A DNA stretch of 62,831 nt, counting the filler. It is 4 parts of 4 records of this genome, joined end to end, with 100 filler letters (N's around TTAATTAATTAA, not from the genome) between each part and the next. Parts side by side here need not be neighbours in the genome. Positions count along the whole stretch, not along the records: positions 1 to 28,179 come from SRR31156797_4766; 3 more parts are not named here. The stretch is one strand, 5' to 3'. Made by a program: the position numbers and the translations under genes. A model generated the notes under the pieces. That model did no database searches. It had not been told where the DNA came from and saw only the letters and a list, made by a program, of their open reading frames with translations. Within the stretch, counting starts at the first letter, position 1; each line of letters begins with the position of its first letter. Shown one piece after another: positions 1 through 9,358 of this stretch.

Positions 1-65
1 AAGGAGCTAAGCCCCTTTGGAATCCCTAATAGTTTTTGTTTTTTATATTAGTTAAGTCGTTTTAA

Positions 66-497
66 TTAAACGGCTTTCATGGACAGGTTATAGTCAACTT
101 CCATGCCTTCCTCGAGGGAGTAAGTCAGCAGGGAACCGTTGAGCATGTTGTCTTTTACTGTTTCGAAAATTTCACGGTCCTTCTCTTCAAGACCGACTTC
201 GATAGTGATTTCCAGTTCGGTGTAGCGGGTACGCATCACTTCGTCTTTGTCCTTGCTGGCTTCAGCGGAACCGGTCATGGACTTAACTTCTGCGCCGTTG
301 CGCTCGAGAGCATTGACAAAGGTGTTGCTGTAGCAGGCAAGAGCTGCAACACAGAGCATGCGGGAGCCCATGCTTTCCTGATTGCGCTCTTCAGGAGTGA
401 TACTGGAGAAATCCATAATGATTTCAGGAACAGCTTTGGCACCCACTTTGAAACAATCGCGATTCTTATCAAGACGTTCGAATTCTACTTTGGACAT
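66..497 (-). CDS. OsmC/Ohr-like protein
   Basis: 143 aa. 'MLCVAALACYSNTF' matches the OsmC first-Cys helix; the second-Cys position reads 'NGSLL'. Last gene of the minus-strand operon. Confidence 0.65.
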   Translation of the reverse strand: MSKVEFERLDKNRDCFKVGAKAVPEIIMDFSSITPEERNQESMGSRMLCVAALACYSNTFVNALERNGAEVKSMTGSAEASKDKDEVMRTRYTELEITIEVGLEEKDREIFETVKDNMLNGSLLTYSLEEGMEVDYNLSMKAV

Positions 498-517
498 TTT
501 CCTTCCCTCAAATTCTT

Positions 518-850
518 TTAGAAATAGTTGACGGTTTCGAAATCTTCACAGATCTCAGCCACTTCATCAGCATCAATGAGTTCTACGCCATCCACCAGCG
601 CATCTTCATCAATACCGCGCTTCTCAAGATCTTCACGAATACAAACGACTTCGCCGTCTTCGCCGAGGAAATCCTTGATCATTGAATTGTGGTAGCCGGG
701 CTTATCAGTCAGACACCAGACGCCTTCTTCGGAGAAGACCAGCTTGCATTCAAAGCCGTTCTGGTGGCAGGCCCATGCAGTGCGGATACCGAGAGCGGAA
801 ATTTCTACACCGAGAGGCTTGGATACTATCAGACATGCGGAATTGATCAT
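518..850 (-). CDS. DsrF/TusC-like (DsrE-family) protein
   Basis: 110 aa. 'LVFSEEGVWCL' and 'VVCIREDLEKRGI' fit the DsrE/F fold. RBS GGAGG upstream. Confidence 0.7.
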   Translation of the reverse strand: MINSACLIVSKPLGVEISALGIRTAWACHQNGFECKLVFSEEGVWCLTDKPGYHNSMIKDFLGEDGEVVCIREDLEKRGIDEDALVDGVELIDADEVAEICEDFETVNYF

Positions 851-861
851 GAAATTCCTCC

Positions 862-1260
862 TTAGTGGCCCACGGACAGCAGTACGTCCGAAGTCATCAG
901 GTATTTAGTGAAAGAACCGCCTACATCGCCCCATTTAACGCCTTCAACGTATTCCTTGGACTCGATGCCGCGAGCATGTTCGTTGGTGTGGCAGGTGGAA
1001 ATATCAGCACCTTTTTCAATTAAACTGGCCACGCGTTCGAAGTTCTTGGTAGGCTCAATATGATCAACAAGTCTGGGGGCGATATGCAGGTCGCCTTCGA
1101 TGGGCACTTCATTTTTGGAAATATTTACGGCATTGCCGAAAAGATACATCTGTACTTTGTGGCCTTTCTCAAGAGCCGCTTCTGCGAGATTGGTTGCAAA
1201 CTGTGCATCCTCATTCTCAGCGGAACCGGACATAAGCATGATGGTCAGAGTCTTGGACAT
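862..1260 (-). CDS. DsrE/TusD-like sulfurtransferase subunit
   Basis: 132 aa. 'ALEKGHKVQMYLFGNAV' and 'STCHTNEHARG', where the Cys...RG matches the DsrE active-site Cys region. Confidence 0.75.
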   Translation of the reverse strand: MSKTLTIMLMSGSAENEDAQFATNLAEAALEKGHKVQMYLFGNAVNISKNEVPIEGDLHIAPRLVDHIEPTKNFERVASLIEKGADISTCHTNEHARGIESKEYVEGVKWGDVGGSFTKYLMTSDVLLSVGH

Positions 1261-1272
1261 CTCACATTCTCC

Positions 1273-1554
1273 TTAAAGTGAAACGACTTTTTCATCGCTG
1301 CCCAGCAGCAGGTCCACGATCTCGCCGTAATCCACCACTTCACAGTTGTCGCTGAGTTCGATGTTGCGGGCATCCGCGGCGTCTTTAGCCACGTAGATGT
1401 CTTCCACATCCATATCTTCAAGTTTTTCTTCCCAGTGGGCAGTACCGAGTACAACGGCATCACCGACCAGAAGCAGAGCTTTGTCCTCATCGCCGCCAAC
1501 AAGCGCGATGCGTTCAAGGACTTTCTCTTCCGGCTTATTTACGAAAAAGAGCAT
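1273..1554 (-). CDS. DsrH/TusB-like protein
   Basis: Start refined to ATG at 1554 after GGAGAA. 93 aa with 'ALLLVGDAV', 'YVAKDAADAR' and 'VVDYGEIVDL', typical of TusB. Confidence 0.7.
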   Translation of the reverse strand: MLFFVNKPEEKVLERIALVGGDEDKALLLVGDAVVLGTAHWEEKLEDMDVEDIYVAKDAADARNIELSDNCEVVDYGEIVDLLLGSDEKVVSL

Positions 1555-1621
1555 TAAGTGTTCTCCATTTCTTTTTCCCGCCTCCCCCTCACTGGAGCTG
1601 CAGGATTGTTTCAAAAATGCC

Positions 1622-1751
1622 CACCCTGTTCCGGGGCCGGGCCGAACGGGCCGAAGTTCCGTTGACTCCGGGCCCCGCTGGCGGTGTGGTTCACTAGGAG
1701 GGAACCACACCGCTTAAGCGGAATCGGGTGTGAAATGACCCATGGGGGTCA
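1622..1751 (-). other. Multi-hairpin GC-rich intergenic structure
   Basis: Perfect 12-bp stem GCGGTGTGGTTC/GAACCACACCGC (1681-1713), a second stem at 1632-1677, a closing helix CACCC/GGGTG, and the hairpin TGACCC/GGGTCA (1736-1751). Confidence 0.55.
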
Positions 1752-1758
1752 AATGCTA

Positions 1759-3639
1759 TTACTTATCGTCTTCGAAGATCTGGTAGCAGATTGCACCTTC
1801 AGTATCTGTGGGAACCGGGTTGCCGGTTGCGTGGCAGAAGGTAGGTACAACGTCAGCCAGCCAACGGGGACGGTCGTAGACAAAGCCCTGCTTAACGCCG
1901 GGACCACGCCACATCATGACGTTCTTCAGGGAACCGCATCCGGATTCACCGGTGGGGAAACCGTAGCCGTGCTCAGCCATGTATTCAGGCTTGAGAACGT
2001 AAACAACGTCACCGGCCTGCTCGCCGCCCATACCGAAGACCTTTGCGTCTTCTTTAGGGATGGCACACATTACCGGACGCTCGCCGGTTTCGGGGTGTTT
2101 GTAGTCGTAGAGTGCGTCGATGATTTCGTTACGTACTTTTTCGTAATCTTCGTCCTCAACGATACCGCCGGGGTACTTGGATTTGAGGTTTACGTAGACG
2201 AACATGTAGCGCTGGGGAACAGCCTTGGATTTCTCGGGGATGAGTTCGTAGTTGAAACCTTCAGACTCATCAAAGAAGTTACCGTCGCCTTCACGAGCTT
2301 CATAAGCGGTAAGGCCAGCCTGTTTCAGAGCTTCAGCAGTGTTGAGGATCGGTCCGATGGGAGTTGCACCGTGGTCGGAAATCAGACAAGTCAGCGCATC
2401 TTCAGGCATGATTTCCATCATGATACCAAGGAATTTGTCTTCAATCTGATAGATGGCACGCTCAAGGTTCATAGCGTGTTCACGAACTGCTTCATCATCG
2501 CTGTCCATCTGATCGAGGAAACCATGGTAGAACCAATCAATGAGGTGGGTGTGCATGTAAACCAGATCCCAATCCGGGTTGTCCTTCATGAGAGTGGTCA
2601 GCACTTCAGTCAGCCATTCGGAATGGAACTGTGCCAGCTCGATAATGGTTTCGTCATCGATGATGCCGTTAGCGTGACCGACAAAACCCATGTCGTTGGC
2701 AAGAATGTTCTTAGTGAAATCTACGTTCTTCAGAGCATCTGCGGGTGCGCAGTAACCCTTGGTTCCGTTAATACCGGAAATGTAGAGTTTAAAATCATCA
2801 CCATCATCGGAAAGTTCCATCAGTTTGCAGCGGAAATAACCAGGCTCAATGCGGCCATCGGATTCGATGGGGAACTGGTGCTCGACAACGTCGGACCACT
2901 CTTTAAGCTTGATGGTGAAGAAAGCTTTGGAAAAGTCTTTTTCAGGACAAAGAGCGAAGATGTCGTAACCGTCGTCATCGGATTCCCAAGTCAAGCCATA
3001 CCAGGTCTGAGGCTTGAGGGGATCCATGGCATGGCCGAATTCCATGGGAATGACCATTTCGAGAGGTTCCTGATCTTCAACTTCTTCGGGGATGTTCTTC
3101 CAGCCTTCTGCTTCTTCGAAACGGGCCTGAACGCCGATGGGGTAGAAATCAGTGGCTACGCAGGATTCAGCACAGAGCCATTCTTTATGTTCGTAACCTT
3201 CGATCTGCCAGCGGTGTTCAGCAGCGGAGAGACCTTCACCCTGAACCATGATGCCGTTTTCCATTTTGGAAGGCCATGAGGTGGGGTAGTTGACAACGAT
3301 AGACTTCTTGCCGGCTTTATCCCATGCATCCCAGATGGTCTGGGCAGTCAGCATGTCGGAGCCGAAAGCCTGAACGCACTTGGAGAAGTGAAGGGATTCA
3401 CCTTCGTTGTAATAGTAGTAGTCCTCCACGCCGTGGGTGCGGGGGAATGCACCGGTGCAGATGGTAGCCCAGGAAGGAGGGGTAACTGTGGGCATATTGT
3501 ACCCTTCAGTCATGTAAGAGCCTTCAGCCTTGAACTTTTTAAAGTTGGGCAGTGCGCCTTCTTCAATAAGAGCTTCGAGTCTCTTGGGGATTGCGCAGTC
3601 AAATCCGAGCAGTGCTACTCTTTTAGCTTGGTCTGCCAT
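1759..3639 (-). CDS. Alkaline phosphatase superfamily (NPP/type I phosphodiesterase-like) hydrolase
   Basis: 'LLGFDC', 'PTVTPPSWATICTGAFPRTHGV' (Thr nucleophile), 'DWFYH', 'ISDHG' and 'AEHG' metal ligands. No signal peptide. Confidence 0.85.
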   Translation of the reverse strand: MADQAKRVALLGFDCAIPKRLEALIEEGALPNFKKFKAEGSYMTEGYNMPTVTPPSWATICTGAFPRTHGVEDYYYYNEGESLHFSKCVQAFGSDMLTAQTIWDAWDKAGKKSIVVNYPTSWPSKMENGIMVQGEGLSAAEHRWQIEGYEHKEWLCAESCVATDFYPIGVQARFEEAEGWKNIPEEVEDQEPLEMVIPMEFGHAMDPLKPQTWYGLTWESDDDGYDIFALCPEKDFSKAFFTIKLKEWSDVVEHQFPIESDGRIEPGYFRCKLMELSDDGDDFKLYISGINGTKGYCAPADALKNVDFTKNILANDMGFVGHANGIIDDETIIELAQFHSEWLTEVLTTLMKDNPDWDLVYMHTHLIDWFYHGFLDQMDSDDEAVREHAMNLERAIYQIEDKFLGIMMEIMPEDALTCLISDHGATPIGPILNTAEALKQAGLTAYEAREGDGNFFDESEGFNYELIPEKSKAVPQRYMFVYVNLKSKYPGGIVEDEDYEKVRNEIIDALYDYKHPETGERPVMCAIPKEDAKVFGMGGEQAGDVVYVLKPEYMAEHGYGFPTGESGCGSLKNVMMWRGPGVKQGFVYDRPRWLADVVPTFCHATGNPVPTDTEGAICYQIFEDDK

Positions 3640-3683
3640 TTCATTTCTCCTTTAATTTCAACTACTTATGATTTTTCTCTTGC

Positions 3684-3740
3684 GCAAGGGGAGACCCCTG
3701 AGAGGGTTATCCGTCAGGACTCAAGGGTCTTTCCCTTTGC
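3684..3740. repeat. Imperfect intergenic inverted repeat
   Basis: GCAAGGGGAGACCCCTGAG ... CTCAAGGGTCTTTCCCTTTGC, between the BCCT and hydrolase genes. Confidence 0.55.
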
Positions 3741-3753
3741 TACGCGAGGTTGT

Positions 3754-5307
3754 TTATTTCTTTGGTTTGCAGCACATTAGCAATGCGTTGTCTTCCTTGA
3801 CCATCTTGAACCATGAAGCCACAGCAAACCCGATGGGGATAAGCATAAGTGCCCCGGCAAAGTTTGCAAAAACCTTAACAGGTCCAAGCCCACCCATGGT
3901 GATTGCCGCCAGTGCAAGTCCTGCCTGAACAGCAGCCCAATAGAAGCGGTGTCCGCGAGTAGGTTCATAACCGGGAGCCAGTTTGGTGGTTGCTGCGCAG
4001 GAGATTACGTATGCACAGGAGTCAACACTGGTTGCCAGGAAGATGGTTGAGAAAACACAGTAACCGATGAGAACTACGGAGCCTGCGGGCAGGGTGCTAA
4101 GTACAGCAACCAGTGCAGCAGGACCGCCGCTTGCCTTGAGGACGCTTACAGCATCAACAACACCGTTGAGCTGAGCCCACATGGTGTAGCCGCCGAAGAC
4201 AGCGTGGATCATGTAAGAACCGGCGATACCGCCAGCCAGCCCCATACCTACTACGTTTCTTACAGTACGTCCGCGGGAGATGCGGGCGATGAACAGTCCC
4301 ATGAAAGGACCGTAGGAAGCCATCCACAGAGCATAGAAGATTGTCCAGTCCTGCGGGAAGGAGCCGTCGGTGTAGGGATCGGTCCAGAAGATCATGGACC
4401 AGAAATTACCAACCATATTCCCGAAGGAGTTGGTAAAGTTGTCCATGATGAATACGGTGGGGCCTGCCACGAGACAGAAGAAAACCATGGACAATGCGAT
4501 AATAACGTTGGTGTCGGAAAGGATTTTAATACCTTTCTTCAAGCCCATGGAAACACTGGCGGTGAAGATAACAGCACTGACAGCAAGAATAATCATTTCC
4601 ATGGTGAAGCTGGGCTCAGTACCGAGAGTCTTAGCCAGCGCGTGGTTTACGATGGGAACAGAAACACCCATAACCGCGGCATTGGAGAACATGAGACCGA
4701 TGATGAAGAAAATCTCGATTCCCTTGCCGATGCCGCCGTTGACTTTATCGCCGAGCACAGGCTCTGCAGCAGCGCTGATACGAAGAACAGGCTTCTTGCG
4801 CTTGTAGAACATGTAGCAAATGGGCAGTGCTGTAACCATATACCAGGGCCATGTTACCGGTCCCCAGTGCAACAGAACGTAGGACATGGCCCACTCAAAA
4901 GACTCCCTGCTCAGGGGTTCTGCAAATTTGGGGGGGTAAGCCAGGTTGAACAGAGGCTCAACAATTGACCAGAACATAACTGCACCGGCAACACCGGAGC
5001 AGAACATCATCGCGATCCATGAGAAGTTGTTAAACTCTGGCTTTTCATCTTCTTCGCCAAACTTAATGTTGCCGTAGCTGGAGAACATGAAAAAAGCGCA
5101 AAGGATCATCATACCTACGGTTACCCACAGGTAGAGAGTTCCGGTGTTATGGGTGAAAACGGAGTACGCCGTCTTGAGAACTTTTTCACTTGTCTCGGTG
5201 AAAAGAATGGAGCAAGCGATGATACCGATAAGCACCAGCGTCGCCGGGACAAGAATCTTTAAATCAGGTCGAAGGTCCGCCCCTTCGCCTTTACCATTTG
5301 TAGCCAT
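3754..5307 (-). CDS. BCCT family transporter
   Basis: 517 aa, about 12 TM. 'EKPEFNNFSWIAMMF', 'HWG..W..Y', 'GLKKGIKILSDTN' and 'WTIFY...FIARISRGRT'. Confidence 0.92.
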   Translation of the reverse strand: MATNGKGEGADLRPDLKILVPATLVLIGIIACSILFTETSEKVLKTAYSVFTHNTGTLYLWVTVGMMILCAFFMFSSYGNIKFGEEDEKPEFNNFSWIAMMFCSGVAGAVMFWSIVEPLFNLAYPPKFAEPLSRESFEWAMSYVLLHWGPVTWPWYMVTALPICYMFYKRKKPVLRISAAAEPVLGDKVNGGIGKGIEIFFIIGLMFSNAAVMGVSVPIVNHALAKTLGTEPSFTMEMIILAVSAVIFTASVSMGLKKGIKILSDTNVIIALSMVFFCLVAGPTVFIMDNFTNSFGNMVGNFWSMIFWTDPYTDGSFPQDWTIFYALWMASYGPFMGLFIARISRGRTVRNVVGMGLAGGIAGSYMIHAVFGGYTMWAQLNGVVDAVSVLKASGGPAALVAVLSTLPAGSVVLIGYCVFSTIFLATSVDSCAYVISCAATTKLAPGYEPTRGHRFYWAAVQAGLALAAITMGGLGPVKVFANFAGALMLIPIGFAVASWFKMVKEDNALLMCCKPKK

Positions 5308-5472
5308 ACTTCCTCCCTTAAGTCAGTACGCTTGCAACTCTTTTATATAACTTACTTTTCAGTAAAGAGCATATGTTGATTGTGCTATTTGCAACTGCCG
5401 GTCATCCGGCAATCACCCCTTGGGTGCATGAGATTCATGCTAATGCGTCTGCAGCCGCATCGCCCCTTCTTG

Positions 5473-5488
5473 AGCAATAAGCGGGCCA
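5473..5488 (-). promoter_or_regulatory. sigma54 (-24/-12) promoter of the BCCT operon
   Basis: Minus strand reads TGGCCC-GCTTA-TTGCT, with correct GG-N10-GC spacing, about 165 bp upstream of the BCCT start. Confidence 0.75.
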
Positions 5489-5567
5489 AAATAGTAAGGA
5501 CTCACGAAAACCCACAGCCAGCTTGTGAAAGTTAGCGCAATAGTCGAATTTTACATTCCCAACAGTA

Positions 5568-5654
5568 TGCGACGATAGTGTCGCAAAATCCAACAGAATT
5601 GAGAAATTCCCCGAACCATCAAGGCTCGAGCGCCCTTGCGACGATTTTGTCGTC
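5568..5654. promoter_or_regulatory. Paired palindromic upstream activator sites (bEBP binding)
   Basis: TGCGACGATAGTGTCGCA (5568-5585) and TGCGACGATTTTGTCGTC (5637-5654), 80-170 bp upstream of the sigma54 site. Confidence 0.65.
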
Positions 5655-5944
5655 ATAAAACAAAAAATGTCACTTATTACTACTACCCTCTATATATCAC
5701 ACTCTGTGAGTCTATTTTGGATCTAAGAAAAGCACAAACGTAACAAGAGCCACCTTATTTCTAAACAAACACTCCCAACAACACTGTGAAAGACAGAAGT
5801 AACACACATTTTTATTATCCCGGTTGATCTTTTCCACTCTGTGTCGTAGAACTTTAAGATAACTGTAAACTCCTAAAAAACATTGGAAGAATGCTGCCTA
5901 GTTCTCACCACGGATATCATTACAATATATAAGGAATACTGCTT

Positions 5945-7396
5945 ATGCCAAGTCCTGCTAAAAAAAGATTATCGGTATTTACTCTTTCCATGATGACCGT
6001 GGCGGCAGTATGCAGCCTGCGAGGCCTTCCCATGATGGCCCGAGAAGGCTTATCCATGATTTTCTACATCCTTTTTTCCACTCTTATCTTTCTGATTCCG
6101 GCCTCGCTGGTCGCAGCAGAACTAGGCGGAGCCTTTTCCAAAGAATCGGGGGGAATCTACACATGGGTCAAAGCAGCCTTCGGTTCCAGATGGGGCTTTA
6201 CAGCAATCTGGCTGCAATGGATCCAGAATGTTGTCTGGTATCCCACTGTACTTGGATTTGCTGCCGGAGCACTGGCCTACTTGTTCATGGATCCCGGTCT
6301 AGCCAACAGCGGCGCATACACCGGTTCCGTAATTCTGATCGCTTACTGGGGCGCCACCTTTATTACTCTTGCCGGGACAGATCTTGTCAGCAAGGTAACC
6401 AAATACGGAGTATTGCTGGGAACGGTACTTCCGGGAATCCTGATCATTGTGCTCGGACTGCTGTGGGTCAACATGGGTAATCCTCTGGAGTTCCTACAGG
6501 TCTCACCGACTATTGAAGCTGCGGAGAAGGCAGCAGGAGAACTTCCCCACGCAAGACTTTTCCCAAGTATCAGTGGACTTGGAAGCGTGGCCTTCCTTGC
6601 CGGGATCATCCTCCTTTTCGCCGGTGTGGAAGTCCATGCGGTTCATGCCAACGAACTTGAAGATCCGGGCAAACAATTCCCGGAATCAATGTTTCTGGCC
6701 GCGGCTGTAATATTCCTGCTTTTTACTCTTGGCTCACTCTGCGTAGCCGCAGTAATCCCGGCCCGGGAAATCAGCCTGACAGCGGGTCTCATGCAGGCCT
6801 TTAAAATGCTTCTTTCCAAATTCAACCTTAGTTTTATGACCCCCGTAATCGGCCTGCTGGTTGCCTTCGGAGCCATCGGCGGGGTTATGTCGTGGATCAG
6901 CGGCCCCAGCCGGGGACTTTTGCATACTGCAGATCAGGGAGAACTGCCTCCCCTGCTGGCAAAAACCAACAAAAACGGAATGCCCATCAATATTCTCATG
7001 ATTCAGGCTGTAATCGTAAGCCTGCTCGCCGGACTGTATTTCATCATGGATAATGTGAGCGTGGCCTTCTTCATGATCTCGGCCATGACCGTAACTTTAT
7101 ATCTGGTCATGTACATTATGATGTATGCTGCAGCCATCAAACTGCGCTATACCCGCCCCGACCTGCCAAGGACCTATCAGATCCCCGGAGGGCTGGTCGG
7201 TCTATGTGCAGTTGCCGGCATCGGCCTTTTGGGAGTCTGCTTTGCCCTGATCGTCGGATTCTTCCCCCCCACAAACCTCAAGGTAGGTAATCCGGCACTG
7301 TATGTGGCACTAGTGGCTGCAGGCATGGTTGTTTTTGTTGGCCTGCCCTTATTGATAAACGCTTTAAAAAAACCGGATTGGAAACGGGACCAGTAA
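5945..7396 (+). CDS. gadC: Glutamate/GABA antiporter-like APC transporter
   Basis: 483-aa APC permease ('SLVAAEL', 'GGIYTWV', 'FAGVEV') immediately upstream of glutamate decarboxylase. Confidence 0.8.
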   Translation: MPSPAKKRLSVFTLSMMTVAAVCSLRGLPMMAREGLSMIFYILFSTLIFLIPASLVAAELGGAFSKESGGIYTWVKAAFGSRWGFTAIWLQWIQNVVWYPTVLGFAAGALAYLFMDPGLANSGAYTGSVILIAYWGATFITLAGTDLVSKVTKYGVLLGTVLPGILIIVLGLLWVNMGNPLEFLQVSPTIEAAEKAAGELPHARLFPSISGLGSVAFLAGIILLFAGVEVHAVHANELEDPGKQFPESMFLAAAVIFLLFTLGSLCVAAVIPAREISLTAGLMQAFKMLLSKFNLSFMTPVIGLLVAFGAIGGVMSWISGPSRGLLHTADQGELPPLLAKTNKNGMPINILMIQAVIVSLLAGLYFIMDNVSVAFFMISAMTVTLYLVMYIMMYAAAIKLRYTRPDLPRTYQIPGGLVGLCAVAGIGLLGVCFALIVGFFPPTNLKVGNPALYVALVAAGMVVFVGLPLLINALKKPDWKRDQ

Positions 7397-7445
7397 TCGG
7401 CCCCGACATCATCTTTCAGTAAACAAATAAATCAGGAGCTACGAC

Positions 7446-8840
7446 ATGCTGCACGAAAAGGACAAAATAAGGGGAGAACTGCTGGATGACATTTACGCCT
7501 CATCTGATCTCTCTCTGACCATGCCCAAATACAAATTCCCTGAAGATGAACACCTTCCCAGAGATGTATATCAGGTAGTCCATGATGAATTGATGCTCGA
7601 TGGAAATTCCCGCCAGAATCTGGCGACCTTCTGCTCCACCTGGGTAGATCCTGAAATCCACCAGCTCATGGACGAGTGTGTGGACAAAAACATGATCGAC
7701 AAGGATGAATATCCCCAGACTGCTGAACTGGAAAACCGCTGCGTGCACATGCTGGCCGACCTCTGGAATTCCCCGGATGCAGCAAACACCCTCGGCTGCT
7801 CCACCACAGGTTCATCCGAAGCAGCCATGCTCGGCGGCATGGCTATGAAATGGCGCTGGCGTGAAAAAATGAAAGCACAAGGCAAGCCCGTGGATAAGCC
7901 GAACATGATCTGCGGTCCGGTTCAGATATGCTGGCATAAATTCGCCAAATACTGGGATGTTGAATTGCGCGAAATCCCTATGGAAAAAGACCGTTTGATT
8001 ATGAGTCCGGAAGAAGTAATCAAACGCTGCGACGAAAATACCATCGGCGTGGTGCCCACCCTTGGAGTGACCTTCACCTGCGATTACGAGCCAGTAAAAG
8101 AAGTCTGCGAAGCACTGAACAAACTACAGGAAGAAACCGGCCTTGATATCCCTGTTCACGTGGATGGGGCAAGCGGTGGATTCATTGCTCCGTTCTGCGA
8201 CCCGGACCTTGAATGGGATTTCAGAATTGAACGGGTGAAATCCATCAACACATCCGGGCACAAGTTCGGTCTTTCCCCGCTCGGCGTAGGTTGGATCATC
8301 TGGCGGGACCGCGAGGATCTCCCGGACGACCTTATATTCTGGGTTAACTATCTGGGCGGCAATATGCCTTCCTTCGCCCTGAACTTTTCCAGACCCGGTG
8401 GCCAGATCGTGGCCCAGTATTACAACTTCCTGCGGCTGGGCAAAGAAGGCTACCGTAAAATTCATCAGGCCTGTTACGACACCGCCGCATACATTGCCGA
8501 TGAAATCGAAAAACTGGGTGTGTTCGAGATCGTTTACAATGGACGAGGCGGCATCCCCGCTGTTTCATGGTCGCTAAAAGAATCCGTAAAAGGATTCAAC
8601 TGCTACGACCTTTCAGACAAGCTGCGCTCCAGAGGCTGGCAGGTTCCGGCCTACTCCATGCCCGCCCACCGTGAAGATCTGGTGCTGATGCGCATTCTGG
8701 TCCGCCACGGGGTCAGCCGCGATCTCGGATCACTGCTCATTGAGGACATGAAAAGATGTCTGGATTACTTTGAAAAGAACCCGGTAGCCAATTCCCTCGG
8801 GGCTGAATACGGCGGATATTCGCATAATTCTGTCAAGTAA
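7446..8840 (+). CDS. gadB: Glutamate decarboxylase
   Basis: '[12 protein letters not shown]', '[12 protein letters not shown]', 'HVDGASGG' and the PLP-lysine motif 'SGHKFG'. Confidence 0.95.
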   Translation: MLHEKDKIRGELLDDIYASSDLSLTMPKYKFPEDEHLPRDVYQVVHDELMLDGNSRQNLATFCSTWVDPEIHQLMDECVDKNMIDKDEYPQTAELENRCVHMLADLWNSPDAANTLGCSTTGSSEAAMLGGMAMKWRWREKMKAQGKPVDKPNMICGPVQICWHKFAKYWDVELREIPMEKDRLIMSPEEVIKRCDENTIGVVPTLGVTFTCDYEPVKEVCEALNKLQEETGLDIPVHVDGASGGFIAPFCDPDLEWDFRIERVKSINTSGHKFGLSPLGVGWIIWRDREDLPDDLIFWVNYLGGNMPSFALNFSRPGGQIVAQYYNFLRLGKEGYRKIHQACYDTAAYIADEIEKLGVFEIVYNGRGGIPAVSWSLKESVKGFNCYDLSDKLRSRGWQVPAYSMPAHREDLVLMRILVRHGVSRDLGSLLIEDMKRCLDYFEKNPVANSLGAEYGGYSHNSVK

Positions 8841-8847
8841 AAAACAC

Positions 8848-8882
8848 CGCCCCAGATATTCAATAAATGAATTTCTGGGGCG
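8848..8882 (+). terminator. Probable intrinsic terminator after gadB
   Basis: CGCCCCAGA...TCTGGGGCG stem followed by a T-rich stretch. Confidence 0.6.
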
Positions 8883-9001
8883 ATTTTAATTTATCAGCTT
8901 CAACTCCAAACCTCATCATACAGCAAACTCCTTGTCATAATTCCCGCCCCTATGGCATAGTTAACACAACTATAAAAACGACCCTACAACTGGAGCTGAA
9001 T

Positions 9002-9349
9002 ATGACCTTCGAAGAACTAATCGCCACCACTGACAAACCCGTTATTGCCGCAGACATTAATGGAATCATCTCCATGATCAATACTGCTTTCAGCAATGAA
9101 TTCGGCTGGCAACCGGAAGAACTTGCGGGCAAAGCTTTGACGACCATAATTCCTTCTGCTTTACGTGATGCTCATCAACTTGGGTTCTCCGCTTATGTTT
9201 CAACCGGCAAAGCCTCCCTGCTCGGACAACATCTGGATCTTGAGATCGAAAATAGCGACGGTTCGATATCACTTGCTGACCATTATATCCTAAACGGTGA
9301 GATTGACGGAGAAAAAAGTTTCGCAGCCTGCATTTCCCCACGCAAATAA
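9002..9349 (+). CDS. Stand-alone PAS domain protein
   Basis: Start refined to ATG 9002 after GGAG. 'INTAFSNEFGWQPEELAGKALTTIIP...RDAHQ' is PAS-like with a FixL-position His. Confidence 0.7.
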   Translation: MTFEELIATTDKPVIAADINGIISMINTAFSNEFGWQPEELAGKALTTIIPSALRDAHQLGFSAYVSTGKASLLGQHLDLEIENSDGSISLADHYILNGEIDGEKSFAACISPRK

Positions 9350-9358
9350 GGCATCCTG

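Noticed and set aside
66-1554. Selenoprotein DsrE/OsmC (Sao-like) cluster
   Set aside because: All four genes are open and end in TAA, with no in-frame TGA.
1684-3279. 531-aa plus-strand ORF
   Set aside because: It is the antisense shadow of the hydrolase gene and has no recognisable motifs. The same applies to the other antisense ORFs, such as 4204-4968, 39245-39997 and 41914-42612.
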